Part shown: piece by piece, positions 1 through 11,800 of the stretch | Numbering within the stretch: the first letter of the stretch is position 1 | Layout of the letters: every line of letters begins with the position of its first letter | Source of the DNA: Rubripirellula sp. | Lineage (GTDB): Bacteria; Planctomycetota; Planctomycetia; Pirellulales; Pirellulaceae | NCBI GenBank assembly: GCA_016779185.1 | Contig: JADHOA010000001.1 | Span: forward strand, 1-61,767 | Direction of reading: 5' to 3' | DNA length: 61,767 nucleotides | Made by a program: the position numbers and the translations under genes | The notes under the pieces: model-generated | The model's database searches: none | What the model saw: the letters and a program-made list of their open reading frames with translations, nothing else | Told to the model about the DNA's origin: nothing

Positions 1-1882
1 CCGAGAGTTCGGCCTTGTGAAAAAACTGAGCTAATAAACTCAACGAATCCACAGGAGCGTCGATTGCCAGCCGTTCATAGAGAATCTTCAATATTTCAAT
101 GTCGGGGCTATTTTGATCGGCAAGCTTATTGATCATCTGGGCGACGTCTAGTCTCGGGACGCTACTAATAACTTGTCTTCCGTAAGTATCGATCGATTTG
201 CTTTCGGCAATTGCGGCAAGCCTAGCAACACGTATCGAACTATCGATTTCATCATTCAAAATCAGAGTAATCGCTTGCTCGCGCAACACCGCAGAACTTG
301 TTTCCCGACTAATCTCGGGTAGCGATTTTGGAAAATTTCCGACCGCTCGTGCTATTTGATAACCCAGCACTCGCAGCCTTTCATCATTCGCATGAATCAA
401 AATCTGAATATGGTTTTCACGAATCCTGTTAAAGCGAGAAAGTAAGTAGGCTGCCCTAGCTTTTCCCGAGGGAGCAATAGTAGGGTCTTCCATCAACTGT
501 TCCCACACGGATACATGTTTAATACCTTCTTCCAGAAAAAACTGTGTGGCGCAATTTCTTTTCCAAGCGGAAGCAGAGCACAGCCAATTTGATGCATTTT
601 GAAGCGTTATTTTTTGTGTAGGGAGTGGCCAATCATCACCTTGAACAATCTGCCAGATGCGCCCTTGCAAAACTCCATCGCGTTGATCAGGTCGATCTTT
701 CAATTCAGGGGGCATGAAGTCAGGGTGCTCAATAACGGACCTAGCCATATCGGTAACAAGAATGCTCTGGCCAGCACCGACTGTCAAATCAACAGGTCGA
801 AACAACTCATTCGTCGACGTCAGAAAGTCGTACTTCGTGCCTACTCGATTGGAGGCCCAAACGCTGCCAGCCCTTCTCAAGTTCTGGCGTTGAACCAAGT
901 ATGCAGTGGGTTCACATACGAAAAGATACTCTTCTCCACCTACGTACCATCCTGGCGCAAAAACTCCGCAAGCAGCACTGAATTGTCCACTGTGAAGATT
1001 ACTGGTAGTCCAAGCAAGGCCCCGTGCACGCACCTCGGACTGCTCCCCAGATACCGCTACATCCATCACCAAATCACGTGGCGTCAGTAATGGATTTTTC
1101 TGTAACATATCGGTTTCGAAAATCGCCTGCATTGCAGGATTTCTATTACTGCATCCCATTCTGCGTCCAAAGTCATCGATGGTTAATCCGTATTGGCTTT
1201 TACCAGTGACGACTCCCCACGCTCCTCCTTCTGGGTCAAAGAAAAAATCGCCATCGCGTAATTCAATCGCATCACTGCTTACCTGAAAACGAGAGCTTTG
1301 AGCCTGAATACGACCACCGCGTAGCCCATTTGCAACATAAACCAGTCCGTTTGGAGCAAGGGTTGGATGATTCGCTCGAAGTTGCTGATTCTCCTGTGCA
1401 AATCCGTCAAACCATACTTCTTGTTCATCGCCAACGAGATCGCCATCCTGATCATCAATGAAAACTATTTTGCCAGCTAGTGTCACAATTGCCCCATTGC
1501 GATAGGGCTGAACTCCGGTTGGGAAATCTAAACCACCAGCAAATAAAATAGACTCGTCATAAATTCCATCCTTATCAAGATCTTGCAATACCTTCAGATT
1601 CCCATTAGGTAAATCGTTATCCGAAGAACGATAGGGGTAATCACCCATTTCAATGACCCATAATCGGCCATGCATATCTAGTCTGGAGCTAACCGGATCA
1701 GAAATAAGTGGTTCCGAGGCTATTACTCGTACACTAAATCCCTCTTCTATCTTTAAGTCCCCGATGGCTTCCTTCGTCGTACCCTCCGCGGCAAATACCG
1801 AGACCACATGAGTCGACGTGGAAACCAAAAAAAAGAAACAGGAAAAGAGAACTCTGTGTTTCAGCTGATCTATCACTCTCAT
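1..1882 (-). CDS. PVC-type heme-binding CxxCH protein (membrane-bound dehydrogenase-like beta-propeller plus helical repeats), 3' end truncated by the window edge
   Basis: Absent from the ORF track because it runs off the window. Manual translation from ATG at 1882 gives MRVIDQLKHRVLFSCFFFLVSTSTHVVSVFAAEGTTKEAIGDLKIEEGFSVRVIASEPLISDPVSSRLDMHGRLWVIEMGDYP and later FRPVDLTVGAGQSILVTDMARSVIEHPDFMPPELKDRPDQRDGVLQGRIWQ, typical of this family. No stop was found in the parts checked. The CxxCH itself would lie beyond the window. Confidence 0.85.
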   Translation of the reverse strand, partial: MRVIDQLKHRVLFSCFFFLVSTSTHVVSVFAAEGTTKEAIGDLKIEEGFSVRVIASEPLISDPVSSRLDMHGRLWVIEMGDYPYRSSDNDLPNGNLKVLQDLDKDGIYDESILFAGGLDFPTGVQPYRNGAIVTLAGKIVFIDDQDGDLVGDEQEVWFDGFAQENQQLRANHPTLAPNGLVYVANGLRGGRIQAQSSRFQVSSDAIELRDGDFFFDPEGGAWGVVTGKSQYGLTIDDFGRRMGCSNRNPAMQAIFETDMLQKNPLLTPRDLVMDVAVSGEQSEVRARGLAWTTSNLHSGQFSAACGVFAPGWYVGGEEYLFVCEPTAYLVQRQNLRRAGSVWASNRVGTKYDFLTSTNELFRPVDLTVGAGQSILVTDMARSVIEHPDFMPPELKDRPDQRDGVLQGRIWQIVQGDDWPLPTQKITLQNASNWLCSASAWKRNCATQFFLEEGIKHVSVWEQLMEDPTIAPSGKARAAYLLSRFNRIRENHIQILIHANDERLRVLGYQIARAVGNFPKSLPEISRETSSAVLREQAITLILNDEIDSSIRVARLAAIAESKSIDTYGRQVISSVPRLDVAQMINKLADQNSPDIEILKILYERLAIDAPVDSLSLLAQFFHKAELS

Positions 1883-1949
1883 GAAACCATGTCCCCAGCG
1901 AGTGCTCGTAACTAACGCTTCCAATATATCAGATTGGAAACATTTATTT

Positions 1950-4900
1950 TTATAACTTAATCCAAGCAGCAATCGAGTTGATCAATTTGGAGCTTGCGAT
2001 AACTGGCGACATAAAGGTCAGAAAACTGATTCCTGCGGCCACTGGAATTGGCAAAACGATCCAGCAAATAATACTGAGCGCGATTAGCCAATGCAGTGAA
2101 TCGCAAAGAAAGGGCCGCACCTTATTTTGATTCCGTTGTGCCCAAAGCACGATTAGGCCAAAGCAACTAAATACAAAGACTGGATAAACGGGAATCGCAA
2201 CCTCTTGCCTACGAAGCAATAATTTTCTAACGATACCCGAAGACTCATCCCCCTCACATTTCACAACTCTTACCATTCGATAACCTTCAAAACCACCAAT
2301 TGGAAAGAGCGTTTTTCTTGACATGGTTCCGCGCGAGATTAGCTGAGGATCCGACAACTTCTTAATTGCTTCCGTTAGACGCTTGCTCAGATCATCCCAA
2401 ACAAAACTTGCGTTCTCATCCGAAAGCGAACTCTGCCTATCAGCTAGTTCAATTTGAATAGGATCATCAGAAGTGTTGTCATTTTCATGATTCCGCTGCT
2501 CAATCCATTCAGCCCATAGACCTGCGCTGTTTACAAGAAGCGAGTAACGTTGTACCCAACTCGATAACCAAATGTTCGTATCGGCCTCACTGAACTGACC
2601 TGAATTCCCTACCGCTTCAACCGATTCAACCACGGAATTTGCAAGAGCCACCAGTCGATTTGCTTTTACCGTTGACACCGAAAGATCGCGTCCCACTGAC
2701 GCACCGGTGTCACTTTCATAAAACGTCAACCACTTTGTGTTTGCTTCTAAATCACCAAGTCTTGGTAACCTGAAATTAGTTAGATCTCTCTGTACATCTA
2801 TCCGCACCAACAACTGCACCGTTTGCGAATAATTATCCAAGGCAAAGGGTAAATCTACCGACCAGCCATTTACAGATTTCCCAATCTGCACTGAAATTTC
2901 CTTACCGTTGCACCAAGCACCGACGATGTTTGTCGCTTTGGGCAGATCGACTGCAAGTGCCTGATCGTCTCCAGGGTAGACATCCCAATGCATCAGAACC
3001 AGTAAAGTTTCATCGTCATGAAAAACATGAGCATCAGAGCAAAAAGCTATTGCCTTTGTTTCAGTGGGCGAGATCGGCATAAGATCAATACGATAAGATT
3101 GATTTGTCGCACGATACGTTTGATATTCAGAAAATTGAATATCATCCACTAAGTGATCGGGCGGAGCGGCAACTTCAACAGAACTCGTGCGCCAGGCTGT
3201 ATCTCGGCCATCCACTAAGCGGGGAACCGCGGCAAAAACGCTTCTTGTTGCAACATCGAGCATGACCACATTTGGAATACCGACGCGATTCACTCCCCCG
3301 GACGTCATACGACTTTGAATGGCAATTTTCCCATCCGTCACGGAGTCAATATCCACGGCAATTTGTATGACAGTTCTATTAGGGTCTATTGCTGGCAGGG
3401 ATTGGATAAGCCTACCCCCCTCCACAACAATATCTTCACACCATTCAGAAGGTAACTCAATACACAGCGTGTCTGCCGACGAATCCAAGAACTGAAAGAC
3501 TGCTTGCATCATCCATCTTCGCTCGGTGCGCGACAAAACGAGCAATTGATCAATCCTTCGTAAATCAGGACCTCCATCGACAGAAAACTCGCGAGAAACG
3601 ATACGATTCTCCAGAGAGGAAACCTGATTTTTTTGGACCCAAGCGTCCACAACCCTAGAACCACTCGGTATCAGAAATTCTAAATCTGGTTCAACATTAC
3701 GCGAGACATCGGACGGTAATAAGTGCATTTGCTTTTCGCTTACCGCCAAGGAATAGTCCCGCGTAACCAAATACTTCTTCTCTGATTCCGTATTGCTTGA
3801 AACCAATTCGACGTCTGGCAACGCGACAGTCTGATTGGGGCTAAATGCGAACGAACCGAGAACCTGAACAACCGTTGGAATGTCACTGCCTTCGCATCGG
3901 ATGAAATATTCTGTTCCTCCCTCCACCAAGTTTGAACTAAGCAGTTGTTCTCTACCGCCAACACTAATTTGATGAATATCTAAATCTTCACTGACGAAAA
4001 GTCGAGCGTAGTTTGGCTCAAACAGACTCGACACCAAGTCGGCTTGATAATGCACACGAAGACGATTTTGCTCAAAATGTGCATGATAGATCTGCTTACC
4101 TCCAACGGTATTTACCACTTTCGGCTTATAACGCAAAGACACCTCTGGTATCCCGTCTACGGGTACGAAGGCACGATCAATTGATCCAACATATCCATTC
4201 CATCCCGCCACAAATTGGTCAACCGACAGTGGTTCATTCTCTGCGTTAGAGACGGGCATAAATTGCACAGCTGATTCGCACTGTAAAGCGATCCAAGGAT
4301 CAGCATTCTCTCCCATTGCAGACGCAATCGCTTCGGGAATGCTTATCTTTGCAAATAAATCTTCATCGGATTTCTTCCATTCTATTACTTGAGACCAAAC
4401 CATCCGAATAGGGTCTCTACGCCCGTTTACTGATTGCAGTGTTATTAATCGCCTCGATGGACTGTATAACTCGGAACTGACTAGCTTCCACGAATCACCT
4501 ATCAACCTCGGCATTCTCGAGTCGAGTATGACAAATTGAAATTTTTCTCCACTGACTAATAACTCTGGCACATCGAGTTCACAATCAATGACAACATTAT
4601 TCTTACCAGCTCTTATCCAATAACGCCGCCCTAATGCTGCGTCTTTATCGGGTTGACCACCACTGGCGGCACGAGCATCCAGTTGGAGCAAATTGGTCGG
4701 CCCTAAATCATCTACCCAAGTGCTAGACAGATTCGCCTGATCCTTGATCAACCAACCCTGCACACCCCCTAACCGCAATGCTGAAACGGCTGTTGTCGAT
4801 TCAATCGTAATTTTCGCATTTGCTATAGCTGGAATAGACAACTCAAGTTTTTCCCACGCGTCTTGCGTTGTAAAAACAGGCTTGTATGTGACACGTATTT

Positions 4901-7900
4901 TAAATACAGGATCCAATGCCACGTTGGATAATTGAACAAATCGGCCGTCGCGATCGAATGGCAAAATTCTAGTGCCGTCACCCAATAGCTCTATCCGTCT
5001 TACAGTGTCAAAAAGAAGCGGCAAGGTCAGGGATACCGATGCGTTGCTTCTTTCATATTCGATAACATAATCGGCCTCGACACGTTCAAAATCTATTTGG
5101 CCGGCCTCTAGATCATTATTTTTGGCAATCGACACTCGATAGTTTGCCGATAAAAACATTCCGGGGTTTTCAACTTCATTTTCCATGCCGGCGAATAAAG
5201 TTGAGTAGATGTCTTTTGGTATATAAACCATTTCACCAGTGAGATCACCTTCTCGATCGACAGGCACCAGAACGTTTACCGGAGCATTACTGAATTCGGT
5301 CGCTATTGGTGACGAATCTTGTGCTGATCCTGTTTGCTCAAGCACAGCAATCGCAAGGCCTAATAAAAAGACTTTACCTGCCGCATCAGTAAAAGAGAAA
5401 TCACTGTCTGAATTTCTCTGTAGACCACTTGTCTCTTCGGTTTGATTACCACTCCGCCGCCGCCCTGAGAACTCTTTCTGTTTCGTCGTGATTGCAAAGA
5501 TTACACCGACCACAACGGGAACAACAATCCACGCAAAATAAGCAATCGCGAATGCTGTCCAAAAAAAACTGGCTGTACACGCTATTACAAAAAACACAAA
5601 CGCCAAGAAAATCGATCGCCTGCCGATCCAACAACTGGTTGCACACAAAGTTAACGCACCGAGGCATCCAAAAGCTAACACGTGTTCATACCGACAAAGC
5701 AAAACTTCGGATTGAGGCGCGACGAGTGAATTGACAACTTGCTGATTCAATTGAAACATCGGAAAAAGTTGATCAACAACGAAGCTATCCGGCCGCGGAA
5801 TAAGGCGGTATTGCGATGAAATGACTACAGCACCAGTGAGTTCGATTGAGGGAACTTCATAGGTTCGATACAAAAACCCAGCATCGTGTTTTCGTTCCCA
5901 CGTAACATGTACGATTTCTTCTCTGAAGCTTGGAGGGATATGTAGCTGACGCTCTTTCGAATCCAATTGATATGTCTGATCTTGAGAAACTGAATGGGAA
6001 ACCAGATCCCAACCGTCGGGAGTTTTGATCTCCAAATTAGTATTGGACCGTAGGTGATACTCTGCGTGAAGCTGATCAGCTCCATTCACTGAAGCCACGC
6101 ACTTAACTCTCTCCTTCCAAACTAAGTTAACAGCATCACGTCTTTTTTCGCTCGAAATTTCAATGGATGGTTGATTGACCGGATCATATCGCAACCGCAT
6201 CCAACGATTGAAAAAGGAACTTGCAGAAGACTTACCCGCAATCTGAAAGTAGTCCGCTCCAAGATTATCCGTGTTAGGAACAACGGATACGCCATCACTT
6301 CTTCCGACTAAAACAAACGCTGGATCGAGAAAAACCTCAGCATCTTGACTGGTAGACCCGAGACACGTTGGCAGTAAGAGGTTATAGCGACCCATGATTG
6401 GAAAACGTCTCTTAGCAACAATGAGACGCCCATCCAATGACAGATCTTTCAGGTCAAGCTCATGAGAAACCCCATTACTGATCGGGCTGACGAATACGCG
6501 ATTGATTTGCACTTCATCGGACCCATCTTCTTTCTGCGAAGCCCATTGGTATTCGGGCAACTCATTACCAGCCCCGGTTCGCACGACAAGATTACCAATC
6601 GACTGACTCTCGGATGCGATTTGAAAAATAAGATTTTCAACTACCTGACCTTCCTCGTAAGTGACGAACAAACGTGACTTAATGCTGTAAGCCACACTCG
6701 GACGCACTAATTTCACGGCAGGAATTTCTCCGTCCTTGGGTGCAAACCAAAGGGTACGTGACCCTACCGAGTCGAAAAACTTTTCTTGCCTTTTATCGAG
6801 GCTTGGTTCGTCAATTTTTGAACGAGCCAATGCCGTCTCACCGCTCCACGTCAGCGCAGCAACGGGCGTCACGGAAGCTAGGGTAGTCGTCACTCCACTG
6901 GCTGCTGTTCGAACAAACCAAGTACTCGGCATATCCAATTGGTTCTGAGAAGGCTTCAAATCACGCTTACCTTCTGCAATGATCACCAGCTGGTCACCAT
7001 CGATGTCTTGTGATTCTGGCCATAAATCGATCGATCGATTTATGGCTGTTCCTTCTGAAACAGCGATAAGCCGACCTGAAAACTCAAAACGAACCGTATT
7101 CAAGTCCCATTCATTTTCGATCTGCAATGTAATGGGCAGGTCTTTTTTTTCACCAAGATTGATTGCCATCCGTGATTTTGCAAATATCGCCGTTTCGTCG
7201 ACATTTAAGCTAAGATCAACTTCAGTAGAAACCTCAATGGGTCTCAGTGCAAGAAGAACACTTACCAACTCGTTCTCGTGGTTACCTTCTTGTATCCCAA
7301 CGTTAGTTATTTGTGAGGTACTCGAATCTTGATCTTGAATCTTTACCGCATTCGAATCAGCGATCAGATTTTCACGAAGCGGGCCGGCAAGACTAATTGA
7401 AGTAGTTCCTGTTTCTGTTCCTTGCTCGTCAACTGTGGCCCATGAATTTGGAACCCTCCATTGCACAATTTGAAAAGGATCCAAAACTGAAACCAATATT
7501 TCTTCAGCCGTAGTGGCGTTGACACAGTCGAGCAAATTAATTTGAGGTAAAGCTACTGGCTTAGTGGTGGTAATATTTTTTTTAAACCCTTGTATTGATA
7601 GAGTAGCACTCAACGAAGACCTGCGACTCTCTTGATCAAAACCCTTGATGCGTAATCTCTTTCTTCCATCCGACTCACTCAACAACGAAAAAGGGACATT
7701 TTCACCGTCAAGTTTCACAGAGAGAATTTCATCCGACTGGATTAAGATTTCGAGAGGGTCTGCCATCCCCCTCCGCTCTAAAACGACTCGATTGGTCCAA
7801 TCGATACCTCCTTGATGCAAGTCGCATCTCATTTGAGATCGACGCACGATTGGAAACGATGAATTAATCTGCCGGCTATCAATGACTTGGAAGCTAACTT

Positions 7901-8822
7901 CCGAAACTCCACCGGCTTCAATCTTGTACCAATCGCAATCGTCACTCTGGATGAGTTGCCTTAGCTCCGTATCAAATTCATTAAGTTTGGTACCAACTAC
8001 ATTTTGAGCAACAAGCTCCAGGCCTGTTGGGATCGCGACAAAGAATGTGGATTTCTCCACCAAAGGGAGTCGCAACTTAAAGTCGATCGCGTTCCCAATC
8101 AATTTTCCCTGAGCAGTCCATAAATAATCAACCGAATTTTGAACCGAAATTTCATCACCTACGGTCACAAAAACCCGGCCCTCTGCATCGAACTGAAGCC
8201 TAGGCAATTTCGATTCAGCTCTGAAATTTGGAGCCAATTCGGTTGAACGAATGCTAACGCCTTGCCGGCCCAAACCTACCGTGGAACTGCCGGTTAATTG
8301 TCTGGAGAGTTCCAACCAACCTCGACGACAAACTAATTTTGAATCGAGCAACTCTACAACAAATTGAGATCCAATCACTTGATTGGTTAGAGACTCCTCG
8401 TTCTCAAAACTTTGTTTTAATAGAGCATCACGAAACTGATTAATCGAAACAGGCATGTATTCTTTTGATACAAGAACATCCATCTGAGAAGAGTAGAGTG
8501 CGATCGGCCTTAGCTCGCGGCCATCGGACATTTTTATAGGCAATGGCAAATGGTGAGCGGAACTACCTTTCTCAAGTGCCAAGCCTACCTCAAGCGGCGA
8601 AGATTCCTTTTGGGGAGTGTCTTGGCCACCGCTTTCTTCGTTATCGGGCAATAAGAACCGGTCGAGAGTATTTAAAGATGGCTGAACTTCTTGCGCATCT
8701 AGATTGCTGGGTAAGACACAATGGATTATCAACGCTGCAAACACCAACAAAAACCGGTATCCGGTTAAGTGACAATGCAGTGGGTCGCGGCTAAATTTGC
8801 AGCGCCTACGTTGAGCTATCAA
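1950..8822 (-). CDS. Giant (2290 aa) hypothetical membrane protein with two large extracytoplasmic modules
   Basis: Long ORF with an N-terminal signal-like segment ending LDA-QE, about 3 TM helices at aa ~1045-1110, a basic loop, a second signal-like segment, and C-terminal TM helices. Its TTG start overlaps the upstream TGA. Confidence 0.85.
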   Translation of the reverse strand: MIAQRRRCKFSRDPLHCHLTGYRFLLVFAALIIHCVLPSNLDAQEVQPSLNTLDRFLLPDNEESGGQDTPQKESSPLEVGLALEKGSSAHHLPLPIKMSDGRELRPIALYSSQMDVLVSKEYMPVSINQFRDALLKQSFENEESLTNQVIGSQFVVELLDSKLVCRRGWLELSRQLTGSSTVGLGRQGVSIRSTELAPNFRAESKLPRLQFDAEGRVFVTVGDEISVQNSVDYLWTAQGKLIGNAIDFKLRLPLVEKSTFFVAIPTGLELVAQNVVGTKLNEFDTELRQLIQSDDCDWYKIEAGGVSEVSFQVIDSRQINSSFPIVRRSQMRCDLHQGGIDWTNRVVLERRGMADPLEILIQSDEILSVKLDGENVPFSLLSESDGRKRLRIKGFDQESRRSSLSATLSIQGFKKNITTTKPVALPQINLLDCVNATTAEEILVSVLDPFQIVQWRVPNSWATVDEQGTETGTTSISLAGPLRENLIADSNAVKIQDQDSSTSQITNVGIQEGNHENELVSVLLALRPIEVSTEVDLSLNVDETAIFAKSRMAINLGEKKDLPITLQIENEWDLNTVRFEFSGRLIAVSEGTAINRSIDLWPESQDIDGDQLVIIAEGKRDLKPSQNQLDMPSTWFVRTAASGVTTTLASVTPVAALTWSGETALARSKIDEPSLDKRQEKFFDSVGSRTLWFAPKDGEIPAVKLVRPSVAYSIKSRLFVTYEEGQVVENLIFQIASESQSIGNLVVRTGAGNELPEYQWASQKEDGSDEVQINRVFVSPISNGVSHELDLKDLSLDGRLIVAKRRFPIMGRYNLLLPTCLGSTSQDAEVFLDPAFVLVGRSDGVSVVPNTDNLGADYFQIAGKSSASSFFNRWMRLRYDPVNQPSIEISSEKRRDAVNLVWKERVKCVASVNGADQLHAEYHLRSNTNLEIKTPDGWDLVSHSVSQDQTYQLDSKERQLHIPPSFREEIVHVTWERKHDAGFLYRTYEVPSIELTGAVVISSQYRLIPRPDSFVVDQLFPMFQLNQQVVNSLVAPQSEVLLCRYEHVLAFGCLGALTLCATSCWIGRRSIFLAFVFFVIACTASFFWTAFAIAYFAWIVVPVVVGVIFAITTKQKEFSGRRRSGNQTEETSGLQRNSDSDFSFTDAAGKVFLLGLAIAVLEQTGSAQDSSPIATEFSNAPVNVLVPVDREGDLTGEMVYIPKDIYSTLFAGMENEVENPGMFLSANYRVSIAKNNDLEAGQIDFERVEADYVIEYERSNASVSLTLPLLFDTVRRIELLGDGTRILPFDRDGRFVQLSNVALDPVFKIRVTYKPVFTTQDAWEKLELSIPAIANAKITIESTTAVSALRLGGVQGWLIKDQANLSSTWVDDLGPTNLLQLDARAASGGQPDKDAALGRRYWIRAGKNNVVIDCELDVPELLVSGEKFQFVILDSRMPRLIGDSWKLVSSELYSPSRRLITLQSVNGRRDPIRMVWSQVIEWKKSDEDLFAKISIPEAIASAMGENADPWIALQCESAVQFMPVSNAENEPLSVDQFVAGWNGYVGSIDRAFVPVDGIPEVSLRYKPKVVNTVGGKQIYHAHFEQNRLRVHYQADLVSSLFEPNYARLFVSEDLDIHQISVGGREQLLSSNLVEGGTEYFIRCEGSDIPTVVQVLGSFAFSPNQTVALPDVELVSSNTESEKKYLVTRDYSLAVSEKQMHLLPSDVSRNVEPDLEFLIPSGSRVVDAWVQKNQVSSLENRIVSREFSVDGGPDLRRIDQLLVLSRTERRWMMQAVFQFLDSSADTLCIELPSEWCEDIVVEGGRLIQSLPAIDPNRTVIQIAVDIDSVTDGKIAIQSRMTSGGVNRVGIPNVVMLDVATRSVFAAVPRLVDGRDTAWRTSSVEVAAPPDHLVDDIQFSEYQTYRATNQSYRIDLMPISPTETKAIAFCSDAHVFHDDETLLVLMHWDVYPGDDQALAVDLPKATNIVGAWCNGKEISVQIGKSVNGWSVDLPFALDNYSQTVQLLVRIDVQRDLTNFRLPRLGDLEANTKWLTFYESDTGASVGRDLSVSTVKANRLVALANSVVESVEAVGNSGQFSEADTNIWLSSWVQRYSLLVNSAGLWAEWIEQRNHENDNTSDDPIQIELADRQSSLSDENASFVWDDLSKRLTEAIKKLSDPQLISRGTMSRKTLFPIGGFEGYRMVRVVKCEGDESSGIVRKLLLRRQEVAIPVYPVFVFSCFGLIVLWAQRNQNKVRPFLCDSLHWLIALSIICWIVLPIPVAAGISFLTFMSPVIASSKLINSIAAWIKL

Positions 8823-11800
8823 GAGACCTTACCTCCTGAAACACCTTCTTCATCAATGACCAACTCAAGTGTCTGAACCAAACTACTTGGTTTGGCTATT
8901 TTTGACCCGAACGATCGCGGTCTTGATCCTGCCGAATCAGAAAACAATCGTCGACGAGAATTTGGTTTTAGAAGGCCTTTTACCGCAATCATCACCACCA
9001 GCAGAACGAGAGCCAGCAAGCCGTACTGCCCCGCCAGTATCACCGCATCCGGTGACAAGACGCAAATACCGGCTAGTAACATTAGAAGTGTTACCATCAC
9101 TAATGGATGTCGAAACACACGTGAACAGGTAATGCCAACCGATAATAGAATGACGAATGAGCCAACAGCCATCCATAATGCAACTCGGGATACTAATATC
9201 ACACGAAAAGCTTGTGGTTCAAATCCACGGTACAAGTACCTGTTTCCGCTTGGCATTGAATTCATACTCGCGGACACCAAATCCAGTAACGATTGATCAC
9301 CGTAAATTGGATCTCGATACAAATTCCAGCGGTTATATCTCCAAGACATTTCACGACCTAGCATGGATGACGCCCACACGGCGTGCGAGTCTCGCGGAGC
9401 AATAATTTGCCAATACGATCCCAATGTAGGATCATTGACGGTCACCAATGGGGTAACTTCGATCGCGAAGTTATTGGGTTCTTGAGGGTACCGGATGCGC
9501 AAATCTATCAACTGCGATTTGTCTTGGTTGACCAATGGAACACTTAGCGAATTACCATTCAACCTAACACGCACAACTTTGCCATCTACAAATCCATTTA
9601 CAGACACCTGCGTCGGATCCACTGTTAACTTCAATTCGTAAGAATCTCCTCCATTCACCCTTGCTAAAACCTGTTCGTAACGCGTGGTTGATCCAATAAG
9701 TGAGCGAACAATTGTCCGTTCAATTTTTTGATCAGTATCTTCCTCTTCTCTTGGCTTAATGCTTAATCGCAAAGAATCTTTTGGAATCTGTGAAAGCTCG
9801 AGAGACTGCAAACCGCCCTTGTCAAAAAAAGACAGACTTCTTGTTTCATCCCCGACCAAATTCACCACAACTGGACCTCTAAGGGTCATATCAGCGACAG
9901 CAGGTCGTGGTACAGAGATCGCCAGCAACTCGTTTTCTGAGTTAGCTTGATCAATTGGAATTTGATTTCGAAACCTCACCTTCATCGTACCACTGGTCAG
10001 ACGATCAGATATCAGCAAGTACCGGTCACCTTCAAGGAACTGCAGTTTTGCTGGAAGATCGTCAACGGTAACGCTCAAATTTTCTGGTAGCTCTTTTAAA
10101 TCATTAACAGAAAGGCTTTCTACGTTTTCGCCTCGCTCCACAACCGACGGTGGTTTTGACGAAGGATTGACAAACGGAATCCTCAGAGACAACCTTCCCT
10201 CTAGATCCAACAAGGAGGAGACAACCCAGTCACAGGTTGTACTCATCAGATCGCCATCCAGTTCGACGGTCAGATCACTCGTCAAAGTAATTCTTGTAGG
10301 CTGTTCGATGAGATTTCCGACGATCATGGCGGCCTGTTCACCATCAATCAATCGATAGGATCTAATCTCTGAATTCGCGCTCCCGCTGCTATCTAGAGCG
10401 ACCGTGCGATTCAAACCCTGTGATTCTTCAAGATCTAAAACAAACGCCATCCGGCCATCATTCACCAGATTGAAAGTGGAATCTCGGATCACCTGTTCTT
10501 TTTCGGGAATGACAATCCGCGGCAGCGTTAAAAATATGGGGGCGGTGTTTTGAGATACCTGCAAAACTCGCTGAAACTGAAAGATTAGTTGCGAAGCCTC
10601 TTCGTTAGATAATGCTGTAAGGTCGACCACGCTGAATTGATCTTCTTCGAAGGTGAGCAAAGGCGTTCCCAACTGAGACTCAACGATTCGGATCTCCCAG
10701 CCTGCATCATCAAAACGAAGGAGCCCATCGTCTGTTTCTCCAGAAATCTCAACTTGCATCCAAAGGGTGGCGTTGCGGTCTCGCGTCGTAAGTTCTGACC
10801 GAGTGTTGACTCGTAACTGTCTTTGATTTTCACTTAACCATACCGGCAACACGAACTGTGGACGCTCAAAACCAAAGCGATAAGTTCGATCAGTGCCGGC
10901 TTGATTGGCTGCGTTTTCAAATAAGTTGCGAACCCATTGGGCCGACTTCCAACGAAGCCTGTACTCACTTGGAGTGATAATCTCAACTTCACCTCGATGA
11001 CGTAAGGCTCCGATTACATCAGGTGCCATTAATTGCATCGGGGATTCACTTGAAGCTTCTTGATTTTTCAGCTGGTACTCGAATGTGAGATCGACTCTTT
11101 GTTGCCGCATATCATTTGGAATTGTAATTTCACTCACCATTTGCTCCGAGTTAGCCTCACTCGGACTAGCATCCAAAACGAAACCTGTATCAGTAAAGAT
11201 TGGTGAATCGAGCAGAATCGCATTTGGCGGTAAACGCAAGCTAAACTGCTGTACTGAGCCTCGGAGGTTATTAATACTCAACCTGACTGTAGCGGTTGGT
11301 TGATCCTGAGGCGAATTCCAACGCATGGATGTCCGACTCTCTACTTCATAAATAGGAGCTGGCTCAACAGCTGCGGTACTACGGCTCCAGCGAAGTGTGT
11401 AGTCTCCACCGCTACTCTCAACTTTTAACGCCGTCTCAGTATCACTAGAATTTACAAGCTCAACGATTTCATCGCCTTGACCGATCACCTCAGCATTTGC
11501 CGTATCTCGCTCGACAATCAAATTAATTCTCGAGGGCACATCTGGAAGTTGAAAACGAAGACTTCGATAATTGGAGGCAAAATCAACACGTGCTGACACT
11601 CGCATCACCAAATCGATCTCGACACGACTGTCATGCTTCACGAATAACCGATAGCCCTGACCGTCCGAGGTCACGGTAGTGATAGCTTCGACCGGAGGCT
11701 CGAAAGAAATTGGCTCAATCTGATGAAAGTTACCGAGCTTAATAGGAATGGTGACCCATCCGCCCTCAGTAGAGTCGATTGCCAATTTAAGGCGTACGGA

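Noticed and set aside
599-1209. Plus-strand ORFs 599-1090 and 1024-1209
   Set aside because: Antisense shadows of the minus-strand PVC heme-binding protein gene. The same applies to most short ORFs nested in the long genes.
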